Shown one piece after another: positions 48,301 through 59,082 of a stretch of DNA of 64,000 nucleotides. Under the pieces are notes generated by a model that saw nothing but the letters and a program-made list of their open reading frames with translations, did no database searches and was not told where the DNA came from. The position numbers were made by a program, and so were the translations under genes. Source of the DNA: Podarcis tiliguerta (Eukaryota); NCBI GenBank assembly GCA_965153285.1, contig OZ229115.1; one strand, given 5' to 3'. Numbering within the stretch: position 1 is the first letter of the stretch; the number at the start of each line of letters is the position of its first letter.

Positions 48301-49066
48301 AGAAGAAATTCAAGGACAGAGGACTCTTCAGCAGTGCAGGAGACTGTCGAGAATGGGCAGCGCAAGAGATCCTCCAGACCAGCATCGGCATCCAGCACTG
48401 CAAAAGGTAAGATGCTCAGTTGTTTTCACCCAGTATGTTCCCTTTGGCTTAGAGTTAATTTAATGAGGTGTCAAAATTATAGAACTAGGAATGAAAAGGA
48501 AACAATTTTATTGCATCCAGTTTTATTGGTTTTTTTTTACCTTCTCTTTTCCATTCTGAAGGTCTTCTAAAATATTATATGCAGTGCCCATTAACACAGC
48601 AAATAGCTTGAAAAGTCACTTTGCAAATCTTAAATAGATGGAATATTTAAGGATTAGAAGATATTTTCGCTCTAAAATATGAAAGGCAGAAGACAAAACC
48701 TTGCCTCTCTCTGCAAAATTGGTTTTGCAGATGAATGAATTTACTTATATTGTTCGTGCTTGTCTGTAGACATCAGTATACATGAAAGCAAACTGTGATG
48801 TTGCATCAGGTGTTCCTCAGCCTGATGCCCTCCCGACAGGGCCGGTCCACCTGTGAGGCAAGGTGTAAGAACATTTGCTGAGAACTTAGCAGACTGACTG
48901 GACAAACCTTAAAACAGAAAATATTAGTATGGTTAATACAGCATGATCCCCTTCTCCCTCTCGTTTATTTTTTATTTGTTTAATTAATAATCTTCCAAAC
49001 TGCTTTCACCCCCCAACAGAAACAAATGCAAGTGTTATGCAGTCAAAAAGAAGAAAATCCAAATGA
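24341..49066 (+). CDS. NCOA6: Nuclear receptor coactivator 6, complete spliced CDS: join(24341-24575, 24909-25064, 26076-26198, 27556-27684, 28086-28901, 30489-30635, 31622-32741, 41745-41866, 42215-45184, 46154-46207, 47365-47404, 48258-48406, 49020-49066); 6108 nt, 2035 aa
   Basis: All exon phases join into one open frame. The product is collinear with recalled human NCOA6: N-terminal TIFVAFKGN...[22 protein letters not shown] domain, Q/P/M-rich regions, PPPY, LxxLL-1 (LVNLL, 32602-32616), [12 protein letters not shown], LxxLL-2 (LSQLL, 43738-43752), and C-terminal QSKRRKSK. Confidence 0.97.
24909..25064 (+). CDS. NCOA6: NCOA6 exon 4
   Basis: ttttaacaag| ... gaag|gtagct. Reads [52 protein letters not shown]. 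Confidence 0.96.
26076..26198 (+). CDS. NCOA6: NCOA6 exon 5 (GC donor)
   Basis: ctttcag| ... caag|gcaagt. Reads [41 protein letters not shown]. Confidence 0.93.
26350..26617 (+). mobile_element. Sauria SINE, 3'-truncated
   Basis: gggtggcgctgtgggtaaaagcc...ggttcgaatccc...ggaagtgtctccggacagcgctgg; homologous to 14219-14585 but lacks the 3' region and tail. Confidence 0.9.
27556..27684 (+). CDS. NCOA6: NCOA6 exon 6
   Basis: tttctag| ... tcag|gtaatc. Reads [43 protein letters not shown]. Confidence 0.95.
28086..28901 (+). CDS. NCOA6: NCOA6 exon 7
   Basis: tttttatag| ... ggag|gtaagt. Reads [10 protein letters not shown]...[13 protein letters not shown]...GLHPGLG. Confidence 0.97.
30031..30236. 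mobile_element. Tc1/mariner-pogo (Tigger-like) MITE
   Basis: Imperfect TIRs cagtcatacctc / gaggttccactg, flanked by TA on both sides. CpG-rich interior. Confidence 0.8.
30489..30635 (+). CDS. NCOA6: NCOA6 exon 8
   Basis: ttttctgtccag| ... acag|gtctgg. Reads [49 protein letters not shown]. Confidence 0.95.
31622..32741 (+). CDS. NCOA6: NCOA6 exon 9 (LxxLL-1, basic NLS-like stretch)
   Basis: tttttaag| ... ttaa|gtaggt. Reads [17 protein letters not shown]...[23 protein letters not shown]...[20 protein letters not shown]. Confidence 0.96.
41745..41866 (+). CDS. NCOA6: NCOA6 exon 10
   Basis: ttctgtctttag| ... ccag|gtgatg. Reads (N)[40 protein letters not shown]. Confidence 0.95.
42215..45184 (+). 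CDS. NCOA6: NCOA6 exon 11 (2970 nt; LxxLL-2, S/T/L-rich region)
   Basis: atctctatag| ... aagg|gtatgt. Reads [10 protein letters not shown]...[24 protein letters not shown]...[21 protein letters not shown]...ESPQNK. Confidence 0.97.
42283..42309 (+). repeat. Coding CAA(CAG)8 polyglutamine tract
   Basis: Read directly; Q9 in exon 11. Confidence 0.9.
46154..46207 (+). CDS. NCOA6: NCOA6 exon 12
   Basis: tcttgtttcag| ... acag|gtatgt. 54 nt reading [18 protein letters not shown]. Keeps frame; diverged from human. Confidence 0.8.
47365..47404 (+). CDS. NCOA6: NCOA6 exon 13
   Basis: tctgtttcag| ... ttac|gtaagt. Reads [13 protein letters not shown](T), compared with recalled human ELEVNAAIVSGQS. 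Confidence 0.88.
48258..48406 (+). CDS. NCOA6: NCOA6 exon 14
   Basis: tttttatcag| ... aaag|gtaaga. Reads [49 protein letters not shown]. Confidence 0.95.
49020..49066 (+). CDS. NCOA6: NCOA6 exon 15, coding part
   Basis: ccccaacag|. Reads [15 protein letters not shown], with TGA at 49064-49066. Confidence 0.93.
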
Positions 49067-49630
49067 AGTACTGAGTGGATATTCAAGGCTTGTAAATGTG
49101 TGAATTTTTTTACCGATAGCAGTTCTGAGCTGTGATTTCTCACTATATATAAAAACAAACAAAAAAACAAAAACTAAACAAAAACTCTAAAATTCTGTAC
49201 AGTAATTAATTTTACTATGATCCTGTTCCCAGTAAATGCAAAGTTTCTTTTTTCTGAAGACTAAATGATGAGTTGGGGGGAATCAGGTTATTTGTTAAAT
49301 TCTCTGGTTTTATAAAGTCTATACATAGCACACTAGATTTAGCGTGTTGTAAAGAATCTGAGGAGATAATTGTAAATTTTTATCAACGTTTTCACTTTTC
49401 ATAGGAGAAACTAGAGTACAGGGTTGTCATGGTTTTTTTAGATATAAAAATGATGTATTGTGCTGTTGGTCAAGTACTGTATGTGAATAGCAGTTAAAAG
49501 GGTTATATATGGCCCAATCTTGGAAATGTAAATAGTTTTATTATATAGTAGGCTTGATGTATTTGTTGTAGAAAAGGACCAGTGGAAAAAAATGAGAGAG
49601 TTTGTGAAATGTGGATTACCTAGTGCTCTA

Positions 49631-49636
49631 AATAAA
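49631..49636 (+). terminator. Likely NCOA6 polyadenylation signal
   Basis: AATAAA about 565 nt after the stop, followed by GU/U-rich tttgtattgtatgttattt. Confidence 0.75.
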
Positions 49637-50143
49637 TGTCATCGATCTATAATTTGTATTGTATGTTATTTAACACCAGCGTCCTTTTACATTGGGTGTG
49701 GGTTACTGGGGAGTTCAGGGACAACATCAGTAAGAGAAGGGCTTTCTAGTTCTGCAACCTCAATAACTTGTTAAGCCATGTTTTTTAAAAATATGACGCA
49801 GCCGAACTCCTTGGTATCATAGGGCAGATCTATTCAAACCTCTTGTCTTTCACTGTCTTTGTTACTCCTTCCTTTACTTGGTTCACTTCCAACCAGGCTT
49901 GTGATGTGTGGAACCAAGGATATAGGTCTAGAGCAATGTTTCCCAAACTTGGGTCTCCAGTTGTTTGTGGACTACAGCTCCCATCATCCCTAGCTAGCAA
50001 GACCAGTGGTCTTCAGAGTAATACTGTACACATGACCACTTTCTGTTGGTTGTTGAGTGTTGGAACCCTAGCTCAGCTATATCCTGTGTTTTGAGAGTGG
50101 AGGCTGCTTCTCAGGAATGCTTTCTTTCTGGGAACATTTAAAG

Positions 50144-50281
50144 CAGTGGTAACCAATGTGGAACTCTCCACATGTTGTTGGACTATAACACCCATGATTC
50201 TCAGCCAGCATTGCCAGTAGTCAGAAATGATGGGAGTTGTAGTGCAACAAAGTCTAGAGGGCATCGCATTAGCTCACCATG
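50144..50281. mobile_element. Short palindromic hAT-like MITE (actacaactcccat / atgggagttgtagt family)
   Basis: Near-complete internal inverted symmetry. Related copies at about 7518, 19053, 34374, 40681, 49934, 54093, 54525, 56969 and 58957. Confidence 0.7.
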
Positions 50282-51258
50282 CCTTAAAAGTACACTTTAG
50301 GACTATGTGCCTCTGCTCCTCTCACTGATCTTCCTGTCCTCATGCATGTAACAAAATTAAACTCTCGCAGTAGATGTGTTATGCTTTACTCCTTTACTCT
50401 ATACAAATAATATCTTCTGCAAGAGTTGGAAACAGAATTGTAGATTATCACGGTCACATTAATTTTGCCTGTCTCTTGTCCCAGTTGGGTCAAACCCCAT
50501 TTTGCTGCGTTTTGTAGTGCTTCAAGCAATTCCTAGGGGAAACTGAAATAAATTCCCTGAAGTAGAACTAGCATATTTGAAATGTATATGTGTACCACTC
50601 AGGTGTGTGGTTGTTGTGAGCATATACTGAGCAGTGGATCATTGCAAGTTAAAAAGTCTCTCTTCCCCACCCAAAGCATTCTTAAAACCGTGAATAGAAG
50701 TGTCTTGAAAAAAGAAAAAGGAAAATCTTAGGATATATCTGCTACTATTTTCATGCTTGGCACATGGTAAAGTACTCTTTGTTCCATGGCAAGGCAGCTC
50801 ACAACACATGGGAAAAGATAGCAAAGCAGCAGAGGCCCATATGTAAATGGAAGGAGCATGGAGGCAATGTGGAAGTAGAATGGTGGGCAAGGACTTGGCC
50901 ATGTAAATGTGCAGACAAAGCTTTAGCTCAGGTTCCATTATTTTTAGATCCGTAGCCCACCCATTCAGAAAGGTTCGTTTCATTTTGATCTCTATTTGGT
51001 TGGCATGTGAAGTCCTGCGCAAATTAACCAGTATGTATCTACTTTCTCTTCCTGGGTCTCAATTGCCAAATGGCCCAATTGCCAAACAAACAAGAGAAAT
51101 GTCAGCTGGTTTATTCCAGCTGTAGCCACTAGGACTAAATTGGCTTGTATCTAAGTGTGTCCTCAAGTTTATCCCATTTATAAAACCACATAATGTCTCA
51201 TTCATGCAGGGTTTCAGATATCTTGAGAGAGTGCTATAAGCACTGATAGAATGGAGGC

Positions 51259-51264
51259 TTTATT
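51259..51264 (-). terminator. Candidate distal polyadenylation signal, minus strand (TP53INP2?)
   Basis: TTTATT on the plus strand at the edge of a UTR-like AT-rich block (about 51250-52000). Confidence 0.35.
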
Positions 51265-52024
51265 AAACAAATTTTCTTATGTGGGGCATTTAACTAATTA
51301 GAAGCCTTATATCACTGTGTCCTGTATTTTAAGAAATCCAGTAAACACATCAGTTATGGTTTAAATATATTTTTTATTTCTTGTCCCACCCCTACCCCCC
51401 AAAAAGAGGACACCATTACAGTCTAACAATCAAAACCATATTACATACACACAGGCACACCACAGAACACTTTGAGGCAGTTGTGTCCTTTGCTTTGCCG
51501 ACTCCTTGCAAATGCCTAAACAGTACCCTACAAGCAATGGGCTTCCTCCTTCCATTAGCCAACCGTATTCTTCTTCAGCAGGTAACAAACACATAAGGAC
51601 ACATTTTGTTTAAACAAGGTATTTGTTCTATGATATAAGTGATGCGGAAAAGGTTGGTGGGCAGACTTTCATCTAGTCAAACCCTCTATTGTAAGGCATA
51701 CAATAAGGATCCTTGCTTGAAAACCATGCCCCCGCTTCCCTGTCAGCAGAACAGAACAGAGAGAATGACCAGAAATGAATTTGCCTCTCTAGCATGTGCA
51801 TTCGAAATGCAAAGGTTCCCCCTCCCACCTTTGGAAGTGGCATTATAACAGCAGAGAAGGGGGTATGTGTGTCTAAAATAAAATAAATGCTTTAATACAT
51901 TTTAATACATTTTTAATGGGTTTTTAAGACTAAAACCAAAACAGCACTTTTTGGTTCGAAAAGCCTTCGGAAAAGAAACAAAAGGTAGCTACCCTAATAC
52001 GGTTTTGACAAAATGCTGGTGGTA

Positions 52025-52196
52025 GGGAAAGGGCTGTAGCTCAGTGGTACAGCCTCTGCATTGCACACAGAAGGCCCTCTGTTAATCCTCAGCAGCTCCA
52101 GTTAGGGCTGGGAGAGACCCCCACCTGAAATCCCGAAGAGCCATCACTGTAAACTATACTGAGCAAGGTGGACCCAACGGCCCGACTTGGTGTAAG
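52025..52196 (+). mobile_element. tRNA-derived squamate SINE (Squam2-like)
   Basis: gggctgtagctcagtggtacagc (A box)...agggctgggagagacccc...ggacccaacggcccgacttggtgtaag; homologous to 628-813. Confidence 0.75.
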
Positions 52197-52568
52197 AATG
52201 TGAGAATTTGAGAATGTAGCAAAGGTTTTCCATGGGAAAGGTGGCTGGATCCATATTCTCTATGGTTCTGTGCTGCAGAAATATCCCTAGCTCCATTGAC
52301 AGGTTGCGGAAATCAGTGGTGGCTGCTTTCTACATTTTGTTTCATTTTAAGCGGTCAGATGACTCGTTTTTGTAACCAAAATCACAACGTTCTTCTGTGA
52401 CTGATGCAGGAATCTGCAGAGAGATTCCTGGTTTCACAGTGTGCTTTTGTCTGGAAGCATGATTAAAACATGGGTACAAATGGAGGAGGCCTAACCTTTC
52501 AGCATCTGGGTTTATGTATGTTCCATGGTCCTGTAGAAGTGGAATTCCAGCAGGTATAGTTTATTGTC

Positions 52569-52996
52569 CAGTAGTGATGTATGGAAGTGAGAGCTGGACC
52601 ATCAAGAAGGCTGATCGCCAAAGAATTGATGCTTTTGAATTATGGTGCTGGAGGAGACTCTTGAGAGTCCCATGGACTGCAAGAAGATCAAACCTATCCA
52701 TTATTAAGGAAATCAGCCCTGAGTGCTCACTGGAAGGACAGATCATGAAGCTGAGGCTCCAATACTTTGGCCACCTCATGAGAAGAGAAGACTCCCTGGA
52801 AAAGACCCTGATGTTGGGAAAGATGGAGGGCACAAGGAGAAGGGGACGACAGAGGACGAGATGGTTGGACAGTGTTCTCGAAGCTACAAACATGAGCCTG
52901 ACCAAACTGCGGGAGGCAGTAGAAGACAGGAGTGCTTGGCGTGCTCTGGTCCATGGGGTCACAAAGAGTCGGACACAACTAAACGACTAAACAACA
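52569..52996 (+). mobile_element. BovB (RTE-clade LINE) 3' end, 5'-truncated
   Basis: Open frame PVVMYGSESWTIKKADRQRIDAFELWCWRRLLRVPWTARRSN...WRALVHGVTKSRTQLND* is the BovB ORF C-terminus. (CAA)n tail. Perfect 13-bp TSD atagtttattgtc (52556-52568, 52997-53009). Confidence 0.95.
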
Positions 52997-53112
52997 ATAG
53001 TTTATTGTCATTGTCACAGTGCTGAAGGGGTCTAAAAACCTGCGCTTGTTGAAATTTCCCCACCTATGTACTTGCTAAAGGTATAGAAGACCTCTTGTTG
53101 AAAGGTTGGCCA

Positions 53113-53165
53113 TGTATTGTATTGTATTGTATTGTATTGTATTGTTGTGTTGTGTTGTGTTGTAT
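53113..53165. repeat. (TGTAT)n/(TGTGT)n pentanucleotide repeat
   Basis: Read directly. Confidence 0.85.
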
Positions 53166-56100
53166 TTCGTGTTTATGACTCTCATCCTGAAAATTACTTC
53201 TACTGAGAACAAAGGAACAAAACTGCAACTTGCCAAAAGGCCCTTAGCTTGGTAAAATACAATATTTATCAAATCAAGCCCTTTATATCCTTTAAAAAAA
53301 GCCTGCAATTTTAAAACCAACTTACATATATTTGTAGCATTTAATCTGCAGCCATCTTTGTGTAGTAGGACATTAACTATGATGGCCTGAATCAATTTGT
53401 GTCATTTCTTTGATGTATATGTTCCTTAGAGAATAGTGAAGCCAAATCATGTGAAAGTGGGTGAGGGGCGTATGAAAGACAGATGCACAAATCTATAATA
53501 AATACAGTGTGAAAATGTATAATCCAGAAGTGAAGCAATATGAGTAAAAGCAGGGGTGATTATAAGGAAATATTGTACCACTCAAATGCTACTTGACAGG
53601 TCAAATTAGGCTATAATAGGAAAAGACTAGGAATGTGGTTGTTAAGAGAATAAACTATATTTTCATCAAAAGGAAGAACAACTGAGGAAGGAGTTAAAAT
53701 GCAGTTGGGAGACCTGGAGCCACAATCCAAATGTGGAAAGTAGTGCCTCTCATCTCTGCCTTAACATTTACCTAGTAAATTCAGGAAAAGGGCCTAGGCT
53801 AGAATACCCTTTTGAGACCTCTGAGTACCTTCTCCACCTTTCTTTGGTCTTGCCTCCAGGTTAGGCATCCTCCCTACCCCTCTTAACATTGATGAATCTG
53901 AAACATCCATTCCGACTGGCATCAGAAATGCAGTATATCACTAAGGAAGTTTGTTTCCTTGCACTTCAAGATGGAAGTGTGCATCCCCAACACTGTCAAA
54001 GACATATGCAGTGTCAGAAGTGCGTACTGTTAGTTCCAGATCAGAGACGAAGTATGAAAATGTGTTTTGATGTGGACGTCCATACAGCGAGGATAGGAAA
54101 CTTGTGGCTCTGCAACTGTTGGGTTCCCAACTCCCACCAGCCTCAGAGAACATGGCCATTGAGTAGAAATAATGAGAGTTGGAGTCCAACAGCATCTCGG
54201 AGGTTTCCTGTCCTCACCATACAGGACACAAAGCTAACGAGGGAGCTGGGTTAGGGCTGTTGTTTTTAATGGCAATGGTGGTTCTGAATCTCTGAATGCT
54301 TTATCCAAAAGCATGTTACATGCAGCTACATGTTTACACATGGTACAGCAATTGTGATGATAATCGCATATCACAAAAGGTGCTGTAATGTCAACACTAT
54401 GGACACTCTGGGCACATTCCTCTAGCATAACCGTTTCAATCAGGTGTGCAAAATTCCCTGCAAAATTAGTAGCTGGAGATTTGCCAGAGATTTGCCATGT
54501 ACAAGCCACCTTAGACTGTTGCATGGATAAGGAACCAGATATTGTTGAACTCTGATTCCCATCATCCTGCAATCAGCATGACCAGTGGCTAGGGATGATG
54601 GGTGTTGTTGTCCAACGCGCCACGTTTCCCATCTCTAGTCTATTATTTACATTAAGATTTATTTCTTAGTTTCAGTGAGATGTCACTTTAAATAGTAAAA
54701 GGGGTGATATGGAAAATTATGTGGAATATATATATAATGACCATGACCATGACCAGTTTTGAGGATAACTTCAGTTCAAAATGGAGGCCTAGATAATGTA
54801 AAGTGAGAACTAAAATAATAAAATAAAATAAAATAAATCACCTTCTCTTAAAAACAAAGGAAAGAAGAGGACTGAAAAACAAGATGGAAGCATGCATCAT
54901 GTCACTAGCAAAAACCAGCCAGTTATTCCAGCAAATGGGAAAGGTCTGTGTGTGTGTTTTATTGCTCTGGCTTTACTTTGTATTCTGTCAATTTGCTCTT
55001 GAGCTATGCATGAGCTGAAATGAGCACAATCCACTTCTCTTGGATCTGTCCTGAAATGAATGGGTATTACACTTTAAGTAATCCAAAGAATGGTATCCCT
55101 AGCTGCCTGCTCTAGCTTTTTTGTGTCCTACAAATCAGTGCTGAAATCAGCAACTGGATATTGGCTGGTTGCCCACAGTACGTAAGATTCACCCTTCTGT
55201 AAGAATTTAGGAACTGCCAGAAAATAAAGAGTTAAAAGGGACATTTCCATTTAGTGCATCTGGCTGCAAATTAACATGATTTTGTTTCTAAGGCGGGGGG
55301 GGGGGGGGAAGGATGAAACAAATGACCATACAGAGCAGTTGTCATGGTTTATGTGACATTATGGTCAAATAAAGATTGTTCTTTTCAGAAGGCTTCTTAT
55401 GAGCTCTGTGACAAGGTTACCAAACTTTCTCTGCAATGTATAACTACAGGTGGGGATTATTGGATATAGTCTAGAATTTACTCTTAGTTTGCATAGGTTG
55501 ACTGGCCCAACAGGCTTCTCTGGCATCCATTGTGGGCCCTAGAATGTGTTCCAGAATCTTCTGCAACACTCACGTGTTCTGCATCAAACAAATCAATACA
55601 GAAAAGGTTTTCTGAGGTAGGAACTTTGAACTCTGTTGGATTATTAAAAGGCATTACCAATTGTATATTTTGAAATAAAGATGTATGGATATAACAAAAC
55701 CACATATTTAAATTTAGTTATCCTACTGTGTATCCTCATAGTAAAGATGGCCGCTTACTGTTTCAATAGAACTGAGGTTTCCATTATATGTAGTTTGGCC
55801 TATCAAACTAAACTTTTCTTCCTATTATTTAAATTGGGGCTTACTCACGTCTCTGAAATCGCACAGCAAAGACATCAATGAAACACTGTGGAGATCTCCC
55901 CCCCCCCTTTAATGTTTGAGATGGCCTTGACCATCCATTCCAACCAGAAACAAGTTTCTCTCAGTTAAATGAGACTTATTTTCTAGTTAGTGTGTTTAGG
56001 CATCTGACTTCAGTTTCTTCTTTACTGCCTAGTCAGGAAGGGTCTACAGCTGCTAGCAGCACACAAAAACAAAACTCGTTTAAATGTGACTGGGAAAATA

Positions 56101-56237
56101 AATCTCTGTCATGATGTATGATTGCCATCGAGCGCTTTAGCCTTCCTTGCTTTTCTTTTTGCTTTTAAGTGCAGCTGACTAATTACATTATCACTAAACA
56201 AATCACATGAATGTCGAGGTGTCCCTTCCCTATGCCA

Positions 56238-56243
56238 TTTATT
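56238..56243 (-). terminator. Candidate TP53INP2 polyadenylation signal
   Basis: TTTATT on plus (AATAAA on minus), downstream in transcript sense of an AU-rich block containing UGUAAAUA (plus tatttaca at about 56481). Confidence 0.5.
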
Positions 56244-56968
56244 GCAAATATCCCAGAGTATTCTCTGCCAGTGAAATTCTACCTCATTCCCATTGACTTC
56301 CAGTGGTGGGCAAGAGCTCCCCCATGGTTTGTAGCTCAGTGATGGGCTTGGCTATGGTTTTCTCCAGAGCACAGGCCTCGGGTCACTTTGCCTCCTCAGT
56401 GCCCCTCAAAACACTTGGGGACTTTGACAAAAAATATTGCTTAAATATATTTATATTATATAATTGTACGTATGTAACAGTATTTACAAGAGAACAGGTC
56501 TAAAAGAGGAAGTGAGTCACAAATGGCCACTCTCACTTTTCCAACTTGTCATCCACACGGTGCCGTGCGGGAGTACCGCAATATGGCCGTGCCATTGTTA
56601 AAAACGGTCACATCCCAAAGATTGGCTTTAATTCTGTTATATAGCCAAGCCAGTGGCAATCAAGTCCTTTTTTCCTTGACCAAAAGGCAGCAGCTAGTTG
56701 CAGAGTATGTTTCACAAATTATGCTAAGGTATATCTATCTTTCTTTTTTAAGAAAAACAAAACAGCAGTTCTATCAAGTTCGCAAATTTCTTTAGGACAT
56801 GCAAATTTGTATCAACAGACTCATACATACAATGACAAAATACCCATCCAAATCAAACAGTTCTAAAACATGTGTTTTTAAGGTAACAACATTGTTTGTT
56901 TTGTCCCTGAGTCCATGCTGTAAATTTTCCTTATACAAATAAAAAAGAAGTTAGAACTCAACTGATCC

Positions 56969-57110
56969 CAGGGGTAGCCAAGCCAACACAGTGCTTTCCA
57001 GATGTTTTGGCCCACAACTCCCATGAACTGGAGTCAGTATGGCCAATGGACAGGAATCATGGGAGTTGCAATCCTGCAACATCTGGAGAGCACTACATTG
57101 GCTGCCCCTG
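56969..57110. mobile_element. Short palindromic hAT-like MITE
   Basis: caggggtagcca...ccagatgtt...acaactcccatga / tcatgggagttg...aacatctgg...tggctgcccctg inverted symmetry. Confidence 0.75.
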
Positions 57111-58956
57111 GCCTATCCCATAAACAATGCCATTGCAACACTCTCCCAGCCATTCATTCAGGAGCATTACAGCTAGTCACAACTTTTAAATGGTTGAAGT
57201 TTTTAAAAAATCCTTGCATCCTCTCATTGTTGTAACATATTTACAAATGTGAATGCACACCCACATACACAAACACACACAGAAGTTATTATTTTAAGCA
57301 CCTTTCCTTCGGCTTAACACAGGAGAGCACTATGTAGTTGGTATTTTTGAACACCGTTCTTGGGACTGATCACTGAATTGCCAGGATGAGAATGTTAAGA
57401 TGGCTTTCCTGAACTGCTAGTGACAGCAAAAACAATGCAGACATTATACAGGTGTTTTAAATTACAGTGTTTATAGGATGTAGACAAAGAGCAGGTTAAC
57501 ATTTTATCATTAGACTTTGGAATTCGCTCTGCAGTAAGGAGGTTTTTGTGTTTACCGTAAGAACTCTGGATCCTGTTTTATTCTCAGAACATGGCTATGA
57601 GGCTCCCGTTTCACAGATGGGAACTAGATCCAGGTGATCTGAGAGGGGAAAAATAGCTTGAATTTCTGTTTTCTGAATTCAGCTATCGCACACTCAACCA
57701 TTGCAGCTTTTCTCCTTCCCAAAATTTGTACTGTTCTACGAGCTTAAGAAATTGGTTACATTCCTGCACCTTTGAGAGATTACCCCCTTAGCTTTGAAGT
57801 GATGTTGGATCATGGCCAACATGCAAAGGAGAAAATGTGGTTGAATGTTTTTTGTTATGAAACTGATCAAGTTTTGAAAGGGTGACAGGTGACGTCATCC
57901 AGTTCTTTATTCACCCTTCAGCAAAGCTATTTATTTTTCTAGGTAGCATTGTTGCCTCATAATGGCTTTTTTCTTTTTCCTTCTCCTGCATCGTAAGAAC
58001 TGTCTTGCTGGATCAAACCAAGAGTCCCTCTAATCCACCAATCTGTCTCTGATGTTAGCCAGGAAAATCCCCCAGGGAAGCTCACTGGCAGGACATGATG
58101 CAATAGTCCCATTTACCTTTAGCATCACAGGAACATGATGAAACTCTAGTGCTCCACTTGTCAGCATATTAAAAACATTAAAAACCTGTTCTAGCATTTT
58201 TAAAAACTAAGCCTGGGGCATGATGGTGTCACGAATCTGGTCAACATAAACTACACAGGGCATATTTTGAGCTCAGGCTGAGCTCGCAATAGTCCTCAGA
58301 GTGGAAGCAATAATATTATGGGATAAGTGCTTGTTGTTAGGGCTGACACTGCCATTAGGCAGAGTGAGGCGGCTGCTTCAAGCAGCTGATTTGGAGTATC
58401 ATTAAAGGGCAACAACTTGTGAGCTGTTAAAGTATTTATCATCATCATCATCATCATTATCATCATTTTACACTCATTGTGAAAGGAATGCCCACTACCC
58501 TAGGAGCCTTTTCGAAGGCCAAGTGCTCAAGTATAACTGAAAAATGGTGGGAAGACCTGCAAAATTGTGCCAGTACAATACTTCTTTTTCCTGTTTACCG
58601 CTGTCTGCATTTCTTTGTGTGCACTGCTAAGGCACCAAACCAGCAGAAACAATCGAAAGGTGCAAGTGCTCACATAATAAAGTCACCCAGTTATACGGTA
58701 TCGCCAGAGGACGGTATCACGCAACTTACTGTAGCATGTTTAAGGTTGTAGTCAAAGATACGATGCTAATTTTAATGGGGCGTGACGTAGGAAGCCAGGC
58801 CCTGTTGCTCAGAGTGAAACACTGCCGTAATTTTTGACCCCCATAGGAGGGCAACATCTCTAGAAGGAATCTAACACTGGGACTGCCCCCCCTTCCCCAA
58901 ACACACCTGCAAGAATATCCCATTGAAGCCAATATAGTTTTTTCTAAGTGTGTTGG

Positions 58957-59082
58957 CAGGGATGGGGAAACTGTGGCCCTCCAGATGTTGTAAAACTCAA
59001 ACTTCCATCAACTCTAGCCAACATAGCCAGTGTTCAGGGATTATGAGAGTTGCAGTCCAACAACACTGGTTCCCCATCTCTG
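58957..59082. mobile_element. Short palindromic hAT-like MITE
   Basis: Termini cagggatggggaa / ttccccatctctg; same family as the copy at 56969. Confidence 0.75.

Noticed and set aside
52514-52990. 158-aa ORF as a host gene
   Set aside because: It is the truncated BovB ORF end fused to a chance upstream ATG outside the TSD.
54737-54755. (ATGACC)3 as a nuclear-receptor response element
   Set aside because: More simply a short tandem repeat; the half-sites are imperfect and there is no supporting context.
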